Source: Eledone cirrhosa (taxonomy: Eukaryota). From it: a stretch of DNA of 64,000 nt. A model generated the notes under the pieces. The model saw nothing but the letters and a program-made list of their open reading frames with translations. It did not search any database and had not been told where the DNA came from. The stretch lies in contig OZ024752.1 of NCBI GenBank assembly GCA_964016885.1, positions 32,116,001-32,180,000 of the forward strand, in the 5' to 3' direction. The position numbers and the translations under genes were made by a program. Of the stretch, positions 11,169-25,448 are shown piece by piece. Positions within the stretch are counted from its first letter, which is position 1. Each line of letters begins with the position of its first letter.

Positions 11169-13217
11169 GAGAAGAAAGAATACTGTGTGGTTGCACATGG
11201 GTTACATATGATAAAAATAGTCCTTCGTCAGTGATTTTCCAACCTTCATTGGTATTTCATCGCATTAAAAATCATATACCTCCGGTATTGGGACAAGTGA
11301 ATCGCGTAAAGCGAGTGAGACAAGTAAACAACATAGAAGGAGGAAAGCAACGCAAAGATAGGAAAAAACAGTAACATGGTTATTCGGTCAGCTTAAGCTG
11401 GGTGGATTACATGAGCGAGAGAGATATACAGACCATCCGACGTGAGTGAGATGTGAGCAGGAAGAGAACCCACTACAAGCCAAACGGGAGGAAGTGAGAA
11501 GGGGAGAAACAGAGAGTGAGTGATTGGAAGTGCGAGGAACAGGTCAGTCGAGAGAAAGTGTAACTGACAGAGGGGGCGAAAGAAGGTGAGAGAAACAGAG
11601 AGAGCGGGGAAGCAGTAAGAGAGAAACAGACAAACGCAGCCGAGGTAAATATATATAAAAAAACATGAGAGTTATATATATATATATATATATAGTTATA
11701 TAGTTATATATGAGGGTGTTAAAGTTTGCTTGAAGCATTGTGAAATGTGTAAAATAAGTAGTTTAGAAAGTCACAACAATGCAGAGGGAAATCTCGAGGT
11801 AGGAAGTGAATGATAGATAGGAGAAATAGGAGAAAGTGAAAATTGAGAGAGACAAAGATGAAAACAAAACAAAGGTAGAAGGGTTACCGTAGTGGAGATT
11901 TAATCCCAATATTTCGGGCTCACGCCCATCAACGGGGGAAAGTTCCAAAAAGGGGGGGAACAGGCTAAGCCGGAGAAAGTTGTGATGTCGTTAAAACAGG
12001 AATGCCGTTATGGGGAGAAAATTTAAATGAGGGAAAGAATGCTCGTGCGCGTGATAGGCTGTGGCAAAAGCTACTGACCAAATGGGTTAAATCAAGAGGG
12101 TGCGCTAGCGTGTGAAAGCCGTAAAATATGTGTGTGTAAATATATATGTGTGTGTAACTGTGTGTGTATATGTGTAAGTGTGTATATGTGTGAGTGTGTG
12201 TGTGTGTGAAAGATAGTGGGCTGTAGAAGCTGGAAATCAAAGGGTGTGAAAGGTGGTAGGTTGTAAAACATGTGTGCGTGTATAAATATAGATGTGTATG
12301 CGTATGGGTATATATGTGTGTGTAACTGTGTGCGTATATGTGTAAGTGTGTATATGTGTGAGTGTGTGTGTGTGTGAAAGATAGTGGGCTGTAGAAGCTG
12401 GAAATCAAAAGGTGTGAAAGGTGGTAGGTTGTAAAAACATGTGTGCGTGTATAAATATAGATGTGTGTGTATGCGTATGGGTATGCATATACGTGCGTGT
12501 GTGTGAAAATAGCAGGCCGTAAGGGCTGTGAAAGGTCACTATGGTTAAATTAGCCATGTCAGCTCATTTCTCTCAGCCCGGTTGTTAAGTGGGGGTCTGA
12601 GGTTCTTAATAACAAGTGCTTCCTTTATCCTTAAGGATCCGATGCTGCGTTCAGTCTTTAGGACTGTGACCAAGGGTCTACCAAGGTTTTACAACCTACC
12701 ACCTTTCACACCCTTTGATTTCCAGCTTCTACAGCCCACTATCTTTCACACACACACACACTCACACATATACACACTTACACATATACACACACAGTTA
12801 CACACACATATATATTTACACACACATATATATTTACACACACATATTTTACGGCTTTCACACGCTAGCGCACCCTCTTGATTTAACCCATTTGGTCAGT
12901 AGCTTTTGCCACAGCCTATCACGCGCACGCGCATTCTTTCCCTCATTTAAATTTTCTCCCCATAACGGCATTCCTGTTTTAACGACATCACAACTTTCTC
13001 CGGCTTAGCCTGTTCCCTCCCTTTTTGGAACTTTCCCCCGTTGATGGGCGTGAGCCCGAAATATTGGGATTAAATCTCCACTACGGTAACCCTTCTACCT
13101 TTGTTTTGTTTTCATCTTTGTCTCTCTCAATTTTCACTTTCTCCTATTTCTCCTATTTATCATTCACTTCCTACCTCGAGATTTCCCATCTGCATTGTTG
13201 TCGCTTTCTAAACTACG
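11160..13217 (-). mobile_element. PLE A: extremely 5'-truncated Penelope-like element with inverted terminal duplication
   Basis: Minus-strand 12686-12545 translates LGRPLVTVLKTERSIGSLRIKEALVIKNLRPPLNNRAERNELTWLI* (GIY-YIG C-terminal E..I...P.LN motif; not in the ORF track). Arms ~11759-12436 and ~12687-13217 are inverted copies. Flanked by (TA)n. Confidence 0.75.
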
Positions 13218-13338
13218 TATTATAGTTATATATATATAGTTATAGTTATATATATATATATATAGTTTATATATATATATATAGTTTATATATATATATA
13301 TATATTAGTTATATATATATAGTTATATATATATATAG

Positions 13339-13401
<63 letters not shown>

Positions 13402-13426
13402 TATATATATATATATATATATATAG

Positions 13427-13477
<51 letters not shown>

Positions 13478-13563
13478 TATATATATATATATATATATAG
13501 TTAAAATATTAAAAAAATAATGAATAAAACAAAGAAACAGTTCCTAATATTAAACAAAAAAAG

Positions 13564-13706
13564 TTCATTATTTTACGATCGTTTCTAGGACATATATGTG
13601 TTAGAATTGGCATGCATATTCAAAAGATCTATGTACAAAATTATACAAACTATCAAGGAGAATATACATACCATCACATATATATGCTGTCTTCAGAAAT
13701 AATGAA
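13564..13706 (-). ncRNA. Minimal type I hammerhead ribozyme motif (inverted copy of 18229-18371)
   Basis: Exact reverse complement of the 18229-18371 motif. Confidence 0.75.
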
Positions 13707-14057
13707 GTATATTTATTGATAATAACAACAATTCAAAATTACAGGTCTGTTTGGGAACAGATTTTAAATAGACCAATGAAATACATAAAAATTCATCAAG
13801 AAAATACAGTTAGGTGTGTGTATATATGTAAGTAAATTCGTTCACAGATATGCATAAAATTGTATGTTCATATGCATACGCATGTCGAAAAAGTGTATGT
13901 AAATATAAACATTTAGGGCTAATGTATCTGTATGTTTATAATCTACAGACAAAATATACATACATATACATATACATATACATACATATATACACACATA
14001 TACATACATGCATACACACACACGCACATATACATAAACACACACATACACATACGA

Positions 14058-14101
<44 letters not shown>

Positions 14102-14413
14102 GTATATATTATTATTATAACTATATGGATATTGAGGCGCTCACATAAACACGCCCAACACACTTACATTCAGATGCAGACTTAAAGGAGGTAAGGGAGT
14201 AAGTAATTAAAGGAGAGTGTCAAACTCGGCATATTTATAAAAATGTATCTATAAAGTTAGAAATAAAAAAAAAATTTTTATAGAAGGAAAAAACTTAAAA
14301 ACGGGGGAACAAAAAATAAGGGGGGGTGGGTACGTACATACACAGACGCGAATGTCTCACAAAAGAAATATAAAAAAACATAAAAAAACATAAAAGAGAG
14401 ACATAAAATATAC

Positions 14414-15803
14414 ATGCTTAGCCTCTCAGGAATAGAAAAAAACAAAAAGCTTATTAGAACTTTCCTTAAAGACTATTATAGTCTTCATATTACTTTTGAA
14501 AACACAACTAAAGTAGTTAATTTCCTAGATATAACTTTAGACTTAGCTACGGGTATCTACCAACCTTATCATAAACCCAACCAAAACTTACACTACATAC
14601 ACTCACAATCTAATCACCCTAAATCTATCCTTAAAAACCTTGCATATAATATATCACTTAGAATTTCTAACCTTTCGTCTAACCAAGATGTATTTGATAA
14701 AAATGCGACCTTCTATAACGAAGCTCTAGATAGAAGTGGCCACAAAAATAGATTGGAATATATACCTTCTACTAATAACACTATAAACATACAACCTAAT
14801 ATTACCAACAAACACCAAATGAAATGTACACACCTAAATGCCACTCACACTATACCCCAAAATACCAACATAAAACCAAATTTCTCTAACTCCTCTAATA
14901 TAAAGTATAGTAACTCTCAAAAAACTACTCATCATACAACTCTAATAAATGTTAATAATAAAACTCCTAATAAACAAGCTAAAACACCTAAATCAATAAA
15001 TCTAACTAAAAATGTGCGTGGTGAGGTCATTAACATTAATCCTCCTAGTAAACATCACGATGCATCCTATAAAAACAATAAACACCATAGAAACCGTAAT
15101 AGACGAGTTACTTGGTATAATGGTCCATTTAATTTACAAATTAAGGATAATATACCTAAAACAATTTTTAATATCCTAGAGAAAAACTTCCCGCCAAACC
15201 ACAAATACCATCAAATCTTAAATAGATCAACAGTTAAATTCTCATACTCAACAACCAAAAACATAAAACAAAATATAAGTGCCTATAATGCATATAAATG
15301 TAAAAAAACCATAAGTATACCACCAATACATCAAACTAACCATAATATCTCCTCAAATACAGAATTAACGAAAGGTTGTAACTGTAGAAACAAAGCAAAC
15401 TGCCCATTAAAAGGTAATTGTCTTGTTAACAACATAGTTTATAAATGTAAAGTTAAAACTAAAGATTCTATTTGCTCATATATAGGAGCTACTTCTAACA
15501 ATTTTAAGGTAAGGTTTAATACCCACAAACATAGTTTTAAAAATGCCGCACTGGCTAATACAACATCTCTAGCAGAAAAAATTAAATAGTTATAGAAATA
15601 AGAATATAGAATATGATATGACCTGGAGTGTGCTCAAAAGAGCCACCCCTTATCAAAATAATAGAAATGAATGTAGATTGTGTTCCCAAGAACTATTTGA
15701 AATTATGAAATCTAAGGATATCCTATTAAATAAGCGACAGGAATTAATTATATCGTGTAATCATAAACTGAGAAAAACATTTAAATATTATAAACCTAAT
15801 TAA
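14414..15803 (+). pseudogene. PLE RT thumb plus GIY-YIG endonuclease (Naiad-type), one frameshift at ~15575-15581
   Basis: VNFLDITLDL, YHKPN, SNHP; linker CNCRNKANCPLKGNC; IVY..YIG; C-terminal CRLC..E..LLNKR.E...CNH. Removing one A from the A-run restores EKLNSYRNKNIEYDMTW. Confidence 0.88.
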
Positions 15804-16745
15804 TAATAATATATATTTTAGAAATTAATATATAAATTAATTTAAATGTAGTTAACCTATAATTTTAATTTAATTAAAATTCTACTACAGATGAAATTAA
15901 AAAATATCGTATAATCATAAACTGTGAAAAACATTTAAACATAATTAATATATACTTTAGAAATTAATATATAGATTAATTTTAGTTTATTTAACATTTT
16001 ATTAAAATTCCTTTACAGATGAAATACAACAAAATACCGTGTAATTAATAACGGAGAAATACTTTTTAATATTATAAACCTAATTAATATACAATTTAGA
16101 AATTAATTTATAAATTAATTTTAATTTAGTTAACCTATAATTTTAATTTAGTTAACTTATAATTAAAATTCTAATACAGATGGATTGCAGAATATCGTGT
16201 AATCATAAACTGAGAAAAACTTTTAAATATATACCTAATTAATATACTCTTTACAAATAAATATATAGATTAACTTTAATTTAGTTAACCTATAATTATA
16301 TTCTACTATAGATAAAATACAAAATTTTGCTTAAATTATTATAAACCTAATTAACATATACTATAGAAATTAATATATAATTTTTAATTTAGTTAACCTA
16401 TAATTAATATTCTACTACCGATGAAATACTTAATTTGGCTTTCCCTATTACAAAATTCATTTCCTAAAATTGATACCATCATGTTAATATATGTAATTAT
16501 TTTTAATTTAGTTATGCTATAATTAATACTCTACTACTGTTTAACTTCAAAATTCCGCTTTAAATATTATAAACCTAAGTAGTATACACCTTAGAAATTA
16601 ATATATTAACTATTTTTACTTTAATTAACCTATAATTAATAGTCTACTTATATTAAAATACATAATTTAGCCTTCTTTCTTACAAATACCATTTCCTAAT
16701 ACTGACACAACTATGTAAACACATATTATGATTTAACTGCAGATT
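15750..16745 (+). repeat. Degenerate ~120-155-bp AT-rich tandem repeat in the 3' UTR of PLE B
   Basis: tatcgtgtaatcataaactgagaaaaac...aaacctaatt...ttaacctataatt...ttctacta recurs at ~15751, 15906, 16036, 16193 and in more decayed copies. Confidence 0.7.
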
Positions 16746-16943
16746 AATATTCTATGTTCCTTGAAACTATATTTACTATTTCCCACTAATAATTTTAATC
16801 CCCCTTCCCCCCCCCCCCCAATAATTATTCGTATTTGTAAGCGTGGATGTATGTATGTGTATGTAAGTGTGTATGTATGTTTGCGTGTTTGTATGTGAGT
16901 ATAAAAATACATATGTGCGCATGTAAATATGTGTGTATGAGTG

Positions 16944-16976
<33 letters not shown>

Positions 16977-17045
16977 GTATGTATATGTATTTGTAGAGAT
17001 GTGTGTATATATGTGTATATATGTGCATAAGTGTCTGACTGTGTG

Positions 17046-17102
<57 letters not shown>

Positions 17103-17192
17103 ATCTATGTCTCTATATATATGTATGCCTGAGTGTGTGTGTGTGTGTGTGGTTGTGTATATATACATGGGTATGTGTGTGTGTATGTGTAT

Positions 17193-17226
<34 letters not shown>

Positions 17227-17320
17227 ATATATATATGTGTGTATATATATATATATATGTATGTATGTATGTGTGTATATATGTGTGTGTGTACATATAT
17301 GTATATATGTGTGTTGTGTG

Positions 17321-17364
<44 letters not shown>

Positions 17365-17938
17365 TGTATTTATATGTATGGGTATATGTTTTACTTGTTT
17401 TTATGTATATGCATACAAACAGGTTAATATGCGTGAGGTTAAGTATGTGTATGTGTGTGTATGTACGTATGTATGTATCGAACGTATGGATGTGTAAATG
17501 TGCGTATGTATATAAGCATGTATATTTTATGTCTCTCTTTTATGTTTTTTTATGTTTTTTTTATATTTCTTTTGTGAGACATTCGCGTCTGTGTATGTAC
17601 GTACCCCCCCCCCCTTATTTTTTGTTCCCCCGTTTTTAAGTTTTTTCCTTCTATAAACAATTTTTTTTATTTCTAACTTTATAGATACATTTTTATAAAT
17701 ATGCCGAGTTTGACACTCTCCTTTAATTACTTACTCCCTTACCTCCTTTAATTCTGCATCTGAATGTAAGTGTGTTGGGCGTGTTTATGTGAGCGCCTCA
17801 ATATCCATATAGTTATAATAATAATATATACGTATGTGTATGTGTGTGTGTGTGTATATGTGTGTTCGTATGTGTATGTGTGTGTTTATGTATATGTGCG
17901 TGTGTGTGTATGCATGTATGTATATGTGTGTATATATG

Positions 17939-17975
<37 letters not shown>

Positions 17976-18228
17976 GTATATTTTGTCTGTAGATTATAAA
18001 CATACAGATACATTAGCCCTAAATGTTTATATTTACATACACTTTTTCAACATACGTATGCATATGAACATACAATTTTATGCATATCTGTGAACGAATT
18101 TACTTACATATATACACACACCTAACTGTATTTTCTTGATGAATTTTTATGTATTTCATTGGTCTATTTAAAATTTGTTCCCAAACAGACCTGTAATTTT
18201 GAATTGTTGTTATTATCAATAAATATAC

Positions 18229-18371
18229 TTCATTATTTCTGAAGACAGCATATATATGTGATGGTATGTATATTCTCCTTGATAGTTTGTATAATTTTGT
18301 ACATAGATCTTTTGAATATGCATGCCAATTCTAACACATATATGTCCTAGAAACGATCGTAAAATAATGAA
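18229..18371 (+). ncRNA. Minimal type I hammerhead ribozyme motif
   Basis: Stem I ttcattattt/aaataatgaa (10 bp); CTGAAGA at 18239-18245; long stem II agcatatatatgtg/cacatatatgtcct; GAAA at 18350; palindromic CGATCG; GUA cleavage triplet. Confidence 0.8.
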
Positions 18372-18590
18372 CTTTTTTTGTTTAATATTAGGAACTGTTT
18401 CTTTGTTTTATTCATTATTTTTTTTATATTTTATCTTGACTCTGTATTCCGTTTATCTTTCACCGAAAGTGATTTTTGAATGCATCTCTTCTTTCCATGA
18501 TATCCGGATTACATTGAGTTCTTCATACGGATTGGACACTACCGTAAACTTTTTGTTGATTTATCTATATATATATATAGTTATATATAG

Positions 18591-18666
<76 letters not shown>

Positions 18667-18667
18667 T

Positions 18668-18718
<51 letters not shown>

Positions 18719-19220
18719 TTATATATATATATATATATATATATAGTTTTTTATATATATATATATAGTTTTAATTATATATATATAACTATATATATAT
18801 ATAGTTATATATATAACTATATATAGTTTTATATATGTATATATATATATATATAGTTTTAATTATATATATATAACTATATATAGTTATATATATAACT
18901 ATATATAGTTATATATAACTATATATATATATAGTTTTATATATATATATAACTATATATATATATATAGTTATATATATATATATATATATATATTTCG
19001 TTTCTGGATTTGTTTAGCAAGATTCTTTATCTGAAATCGTGTGTTGAAATCGATATTGTTATACTTTGGGAGGGTCATGTTGCCAAAAAGAAACACACGC
19101 ACCAGTTGCTTTCACTTCAATTTATTATATATTTATATATTTATAAATTTACAAATTTTCAAACCTATAAATTTCTGGTTGGTTGGTTGGTTCCACAACC
19201 AGATAGTTGTTTATATATAT

Positions 19221-19265
19221 AGTCATAGTCCTTTCGTCACACACTCTGTGACCTCTTCAGTGACT
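19221..19265 (-). ncRNA. Minimal type I hammerhead motif (PLE C terminal repeat)
   Basis: Reverse complement of the 25404-25448 motif. Confidence 0.65.
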
Positions 19266-19574
19266 GGGGATTCCTTTCTTCGTTTCTGTGCCTTTCCTTT
19301 CTTCTATCCTACGCCATTATGTTTCTGTGTGTGTGCTGTGTGCTCAGTTTGCGCATGCGCCACATCCGGGTGTCTGTGTGTGTTTGTGTTCATTTTTCTA
19401 TTTTTCTATTTATATTTTTCTATTTGTTTATTTATTTATTTATTTATTGTTGGTTGGTTGTTTGTTCTATGTGTGTGTGTGTGTTTTCATTTTGTCCTGT
19501 GTGTGTTTTCATTTTGTGTGTGTTTTCAATTGTAAGTTGTTTGTTCTATGTGTGTGTGTGTTTTCATTTTGTCC

Positions 19575-22500
19575 TTAATTGTAAGTTGTGATGTTGCTGT
19601 TCCACTCATATTTTCTATTTAATTTTGGTTTTAATTCTTTTATGCTTACTGCCTCTGTAATTTGCCTAAACATTGCGTCTTTTCTGTGTGTGGATTCTAT
19701 TTTTATTTCTATGCTCTCTAATCTACCCGTGTGTTCTATCTTAGCATGTTGGTAGAGCACAGATGATTCTTTATTATCTTGGAGGTCTCGCCAGTGTTCA
19801 TTTATTCGTTCCCCTATACTACGAGCTGTCTCACCTATGTACACTATATTTTTGTTTCTACATTGTCCTTCAGTACATCTTATACTATACACTACATTTC
19901 TAGTTTTACAGTTAATATGGGGGCTTATTTTACAGGTTATACATTTCTTATCTATACATGAGGGTTTTGGAACGGGTATGTCTTGCTAATAAGTGTTTTT
20001 ACGGAGGTACCAGGTCTTTCTACTATCTTAATATTGAGATTATGTTTATTTAGGGCCCTTCTAAATTTGTAGGCTAGTTCGCCTCTAGGGGTTGTATTGA
20101 TGAACATTACACTCTGGTATTTATTGTTATCATACCATGAGTTTATTCTATTGGCCTTGTTCCTAGTTCTTTCTATTCTATTCCAAAATTTGCTCCTATA
20201 CAAGGGGCAGGTCCCATTTATGTCATTATTTACCATTTTTTCCCATTTGGTTCTGGCTCCTTTATACACTCTGATTCTATCTCTCTGATTGTAGCCAGAG
20301 AACTGCATACGGTGGATGAAGTGTTGTATGTGTCTCTCTAGTTCTTCGGGGTTGCACATGCGGGACACATTTCTCATCACCCGTACCAAATCCGCAATCA
20401 GTATGTTGATTTTGGTATGGTCCGAAATGGCCGAGTTTCGGTGGATCAGATGTTTGGAAGTCATGGGTTTGGCATAATGGGAATGGAGGATTTGTTTTTG
20501 GTTGTTAATGGTATCTAACCAGAGCTCTGTGTCTAGTACAGGTAATCGATGGTTGGGGTGTCTACTTGGGTAGTCTATAGTAACTCTAATGCTCTGGTGG
20601 ATGGAGTTTGCTATTTGCTGGATGCTTTCCATTGTGTTTTTCTCTAGTTCCTGACTGTTCTTTAGTGGGGGTGTCTTAACTACGATGTTTATATCATCTA
20701 CGTAGCGGGAGTACATTATCAGGGTTAAGCTGTCTTCTAATTGTTCAATAAGTTTTTGTTTAAGTCTACTGTCCCAATATACCATGAATAAGTTAGCTAT
20801 GTCGCCTGCAATGCTAACGCCAATGGCTGCTCCTTCCTCTTGGGCATATGTTTTACCATTAAATTTGAACATATGTTCCTTAAGGGTTAATTTTATGCTG
20901 GCCCCTACCGCATGTGCAATCATTTTCTTCAGTTCATCGTGGTTTTCGGGTGTCCGTATGGCTCTGGTCCACCCGTTCCATCTATCTGTGTGGGTTTTCT
21001 TGGCCATTGAGGTAATGGTAGGTGGTCTGCCTCTTGCTGGTCTTGTAGGGCACAGGTTGCTAAGGTCATAAGTGTCTAGGTAACTATTACTATGGGTAAG
21101 CTTAAGTAGAAGTCCCAGCTCACTGGTATCAATCCCACGGAACTCAACATTGCTCTCGCTGATCATTTCTACGCATTTCTCCACAGCAAAATCCACGTCA
21201 ATAGATGGATACAGGGACACAACATCCATACAGCCTATTATGCAGTTTGTTAGGTCCCCAGATCGGTTACCCGCGCCGATTCTGCTGAGGAGGTCCTCCG
21301 TGCTGTCACACACATCTGGGGACATCTCAATGATGGGGCGTATGATCAGGGAGAGGAAGTAGGACAGTCTGTAGTTACTAGCAATGTTAGCCCCACAGAC
21401 TGGCCGTGTTGGTGGTCCCGCGACAGGGTCCCAGCCCGTTTTATGGTCTTTTCGAAGCCCATACAACGCCGGCACGTCATTGTTCCAGGCCTGGAAGTTG
21501 TTGGCAGTCCTTTTGTTGGGCTGCATTATATTCGTCCACATCACCATATGGGCATTGAGGGCTTTTTCTCTATCCTCATGCTTCTGTGGTGTTACCTCTC
21601 TTGTGTTAGTGATGTGGGGTTGCATTGCCTGGATGTAGTTTGGCAGGCTGTCAACCGACATTCTGCCAGACTTGTCTGTTGGAAAACATGCTATCTCTCC
21701 ATTACGCGAGCGCTGCATGAGCTTACGCAAGCCATTTGCAGATTCTTCTCCCAGTTGCTGGGCCTCTATTCTATTATGCTTCTTGCTATACTGTTCTATA
21801 ATATTTCTAAGTTCGGATTTAGCTATACTACATTGTGCTTCTGTTTGTTCATCGACCTGCGACGGCAACTGCGTGCGTTTGTTAAATGGCAAAGTCGTGG
21901 CGTGGACTCGTCGTAGGTCGAATGATTTATCGGAGGGGTTATAAAACGGAGAGTTCCAGGCTGCTGCTTTATGTGTACTAGTGCTATTATTATTGTTAGT
22001 TGTGTTGTTTCTATTTCCACCAACAGCCTCAGCTTCATGGTTGTTTCTATGTCTCTCATAATTACTCCTGTCTCTTTCCACTGGCTCAATGTTGTTATCT
22101 ACCCTATTTTGTGTGTCTGTGTGTTCGTCTTGGTTATTCTCTTTGTCCTTAGTCTCCCATCTCCTTTTCCTTTTAATCCTATTACTTTCTCTTATTTCTC
22201 TGATTTCTGTGCTACTGTCATTACTTGTTTTCTGTGTCTGTGTCTTTAAGATTGTGGTGGTGGTGAGAGGCATTGAATGCGTGTGTGTTGTTGTTGTTGA
22301 TGTGTGTTGTTGTTGATGTGTGTTGTTGTTGTCTCCGTGTGTGTGTGTGTTATCGTTGTTGTGTGTGTTGTTATTGTTGTTTGTGTCTGCGTGTCTGTTG
22401 TTGTTGTATCTGGGTATGTTGCTATTGTTGTTGTTGTTGATGTGTGTGTTGTTGTTATTGTTGTCTCCGTGTGTGTTATCGTTGTTGCGTGTGTTGTTAT

Positions 22501-22840
22501 TGTTGTTTGTGTCTGCGTGTCTGTTGTTGTTGTATCTGGGTATGTTGCTATTGTTGTTGTTGTATCTGGGTATGTTGCTATTGTTGTTGTTGTTGTTATT
22601 GTTGTTTGTGTCTGTGTGTCTGTTGTTGTTGGGATGTGTGTTGTATATGTGTGTGCGTATATTGTTGCTTTTGTTTTTGATGCTCCAGCGTAGTTTTGTA
22701 AATGATTTTTCTATTTCTGACAGACAACTAATCATATTTACCTTCTTGAATGTCGCAAATTTGGGTGGCAGACGTAACACAGACATTTCATTATTATCTA
22801 TTTCCGTGTTTCCATAAATGTTGGTATTTTCGTTGTATTT
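19575..22840 (-). pseudogene. PLE C main copy: RT plus GIY-YIG, 5'-truncated, frameshift at ~19970
   Basis: PLE RT motifs TDKSG, LYGLRKDHK, RPV, MDVVSLYPSI, GAAIG..IANLFM, RYVDDI, VLD. Out-of-frame linker CIDKKCITC (Neptune-like Cx4CxxC), then VVYSIRC..YIGETAR..R..EH..EA..I...PKLN. Confidence 0.9.
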
Positions 22841-25096
22841 TAGTATAGCTAAATCCGAACTTAGAAATATTATAGAACAGTATAGCAAGAAGCATAATAG
22901 AATAGAGGCCCAGCAACTGGGAGAAGAATCTGCAAATGGCTTGCGTAAGCTCATGCAGCGCTCGCGTAATGGAGAGATAGCATGTTTTCCAACAGACAAG
23001 TCTGGCAGAATGTCGGTTGACAGCCTGCCAAACTACATCCAGGCAATGCAACCCCACATCACTAACACAAGAGAGGTAACACCACAGAAGCATGAGGATA
23101 GAGAAAAAGCCCTCAATGCCCATATGGTGATGTGGACGAATATAATGCAGCCCAACAAAAGGACTGCCAACAACTTCCAGGCCTGGAACAATGACGTGCC
23201 GGCGTTGTATGGGCTTCGAAAAGACCATAAAACGGGCTGGGACCCTGTCGCGGGACCACCAACACGGCCAGTCTGTGGGGCTAACATTGCTAGTAACTAC
23301 AGACTGTCCTACTTCCTCTCCCTGATCATACGCCCCATCATTGAAATGTCCCCAGATGTGTGTGACAGCACGGAGAACCTCCTCAGCAGAATCGGCGCGG
23401 GTAACCGATCTGGGGACCTAACAAACTGCATAATAGGCAGTATGGATGTTGTGTCCCTGTATCCATCTATTGACGTGGATTTTGCTGTGGAGAAATGCGT
23501 AGAAATGATCAGCGAGAGCAATGTTGAGTTCCGTGGGATTGATACCAGTGAGCTGGGACTTCTACTTAAGCTTACCCATAGTAATAGTTACCTAGACACT
23601 TATGACCTTAGCAACCTGTGCCCTACAAGACCAGCAAGAGGCAGACCACCTACCATTACCTCAATGGCCAAGAAAACCCACACAGATAGATGGAACGGGT
23701 GGACCAGAGCCATACGGACACCCGAAAACCACGACGAACTGAAGAAAATGATTGCACATGCGGTAGGGGCCAGCATAAAATTAACCCTTAAGGAACATAT
23801 GTTCAAATTTAATGGTAAAACATATGCCCAAGAGGAAGGAGCAGCCATTGGTGTTAGCATTGCAGGCGACATAGCTAACTTATTCATGGTATATTGGGAC
23901 AGTAGACTTAAACAAAAACTTATTGAACAATTAGAAGACAGCTTAACACTGATAATGTACTCCCGCTACATAGATGATATAAACATCGTAGTTAAGACAC
24001 CCCCACTAAAGAACAGTCAGGAACTAGAGAAAAACACAATGGAAAGCATCCAGCAAATAGCAAACTCCATCCACCAGAGCATTAGAGTTACTATAGACTA
24101 CCCAAGTAGACACCCCAACCATCGATTACCTGTACTAGACACAGAGCTCTGGTTAGATACCATTAACAACCAAAAACAAATCCTCCATTCCCATTATGCC
24201 AAACCCATGACTTCCAAACATCTGATCCACAGAAACTCGGCCATTTCGGACCATACCAAAATCAACATACTGATTGCGGATTTGGTACGGGTGATGAGAA
24301 ATGTGTCCCGCATGTGCAACCCCGAAGAACTAGAGAGACACATACAACACTTCATCCACCGTATGCAGTTCTCTGGCTACAATCAGAGAGATAGAATCAG
24401 AGTGTATAAAGGAGCCAGAACCAAATGGGAAAAAATGGTAAATAATGACATAAATGGGACCTGCCCCTTGTATAGGAGCAAATTTTGGAATAGAATAGAA
24501 AGAACTAGGAACAAGGCCAATAGAATAAACTCATGGTATGATAGCAATAAATACCAGAGTGTAATGTTCATCAATACAACCCCTAGAGGCGAACTAGCCT
24601 ACAAATTTAGAAGGGCCCTAAATAAACATAATCTCAATATTAAGATAGTAGAAAGACCTGGTACCTCCGTAAAAACACTTATTAGCAAGACATACCCGTT
24701 CCAAAACCCTCATGTATAGATAAGAAATGTATAACCTGTAAAATAAGCCCCCATATTAACTGTAAAACTAGAAATGTAGTGTATAGTATAAGATGTACTG
24801 AAGGACAATGTAGAAACAAAAATATAGTGTACATAGGTGAGACAGCTCGTAGTATAGGGGAACGAATAAATGAACACTGGCGAGACCTCCAAGATAATAA
24901 AGAATCATCTGTGCTCTACCAACATGCTAAGATAGAACACACGGGTAGATTAGAGAGCATAGAAATAAAAATAGAATCCACACACAGAAAAGACGCAATG
25001 TTTAGGCAAATTACAGAAGCAGTAAGCATAAAAGAATTAAAACCAAAATTAAATAGAAAATATGAGTGGAACAGCAACATCACAACTTACAATTAA
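22841..25096 (+). pseudogene. PLE C inverted duplicate: RT plus GIY-YIG with the same frameshift at ~24701
   Basis: Same protein as the minus copy with few substitutions (RYIDD versus RYVDD). Corresponds to ORFs 22818-24719 and 24779-25096. Confidence 0.9.
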
Positions 25097-25403
25097 GGAC
25101 AAAATGAAAACACACACACACATAGAACAAACAACTTACAATTGAAAACACACACAAAATGAAAACACACACAGGGCAAAATGAAAACACACACACACAT
25201 AGAACAAACAACCAACCAACAATAAATAAATAAATAAATAAACAAATAGAAAAATATAAATAGAAAAATAGAAAAATGAACACGAACACACACAGACACC
25301 CGGATGTGGCGCATGCGCAAACTGAGCACACAACACACACACAGAAACAAAATGGTGTAGGATAGAAGAAAGGAAAGGCACAGAAACGAAGAAAGGAATC
25401 CCC

Positions 25404-25448
25404 AGTCACTGAAGAGGTCACAGAGTGTGTGACGAAAGGACTATGACT
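25404..25448 (+). ncRNA. Minimal type I hammerhead motif (PLE C terminal repeat)
   Basis: agtca-CTGAAGA-g-gtcaca(gagtg)tgtgac-GAAA-ggac-TA-tgact: 5-bp stem I, 6-bp stem II, minimal stem III. Confidence 0.65.

Larger units (their letters stand above)
13501..18560 (+). mobile_element. PLE B: Naiad-type Penelope-like element, 5'-truncated, with inverted terminal duplication
   Basis: Arms 13501-14420 and ~17513-18432 are inverted near-identical copies, each carrying a hammerhead. ORF remnant lies between them, with (TA)n on both sides. Confidence 0.88.

Noticed and set aside
11165-11240. Minus-strand CTGACGA at the 3' end of PLE A
   Set aside because: The position fits a PLE hammerhead, but no GAAA or cleavage triplet could be placed; at best a deleted remnant.
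18447-18532. Minus-strand tccgt-ATGAAGA...GAAA-gataa-acgga hammerhead-like fold
   Set aside because: Core C3 is missing, and stem II and the triplet are unconvincing.
24695-24715. Canonical -1 slippery heptamer at the PLE C frameshift
   Set aside because: C CAA AAC does not fit X XXY YYZ; recoding is kept only as a weak hypothesis.
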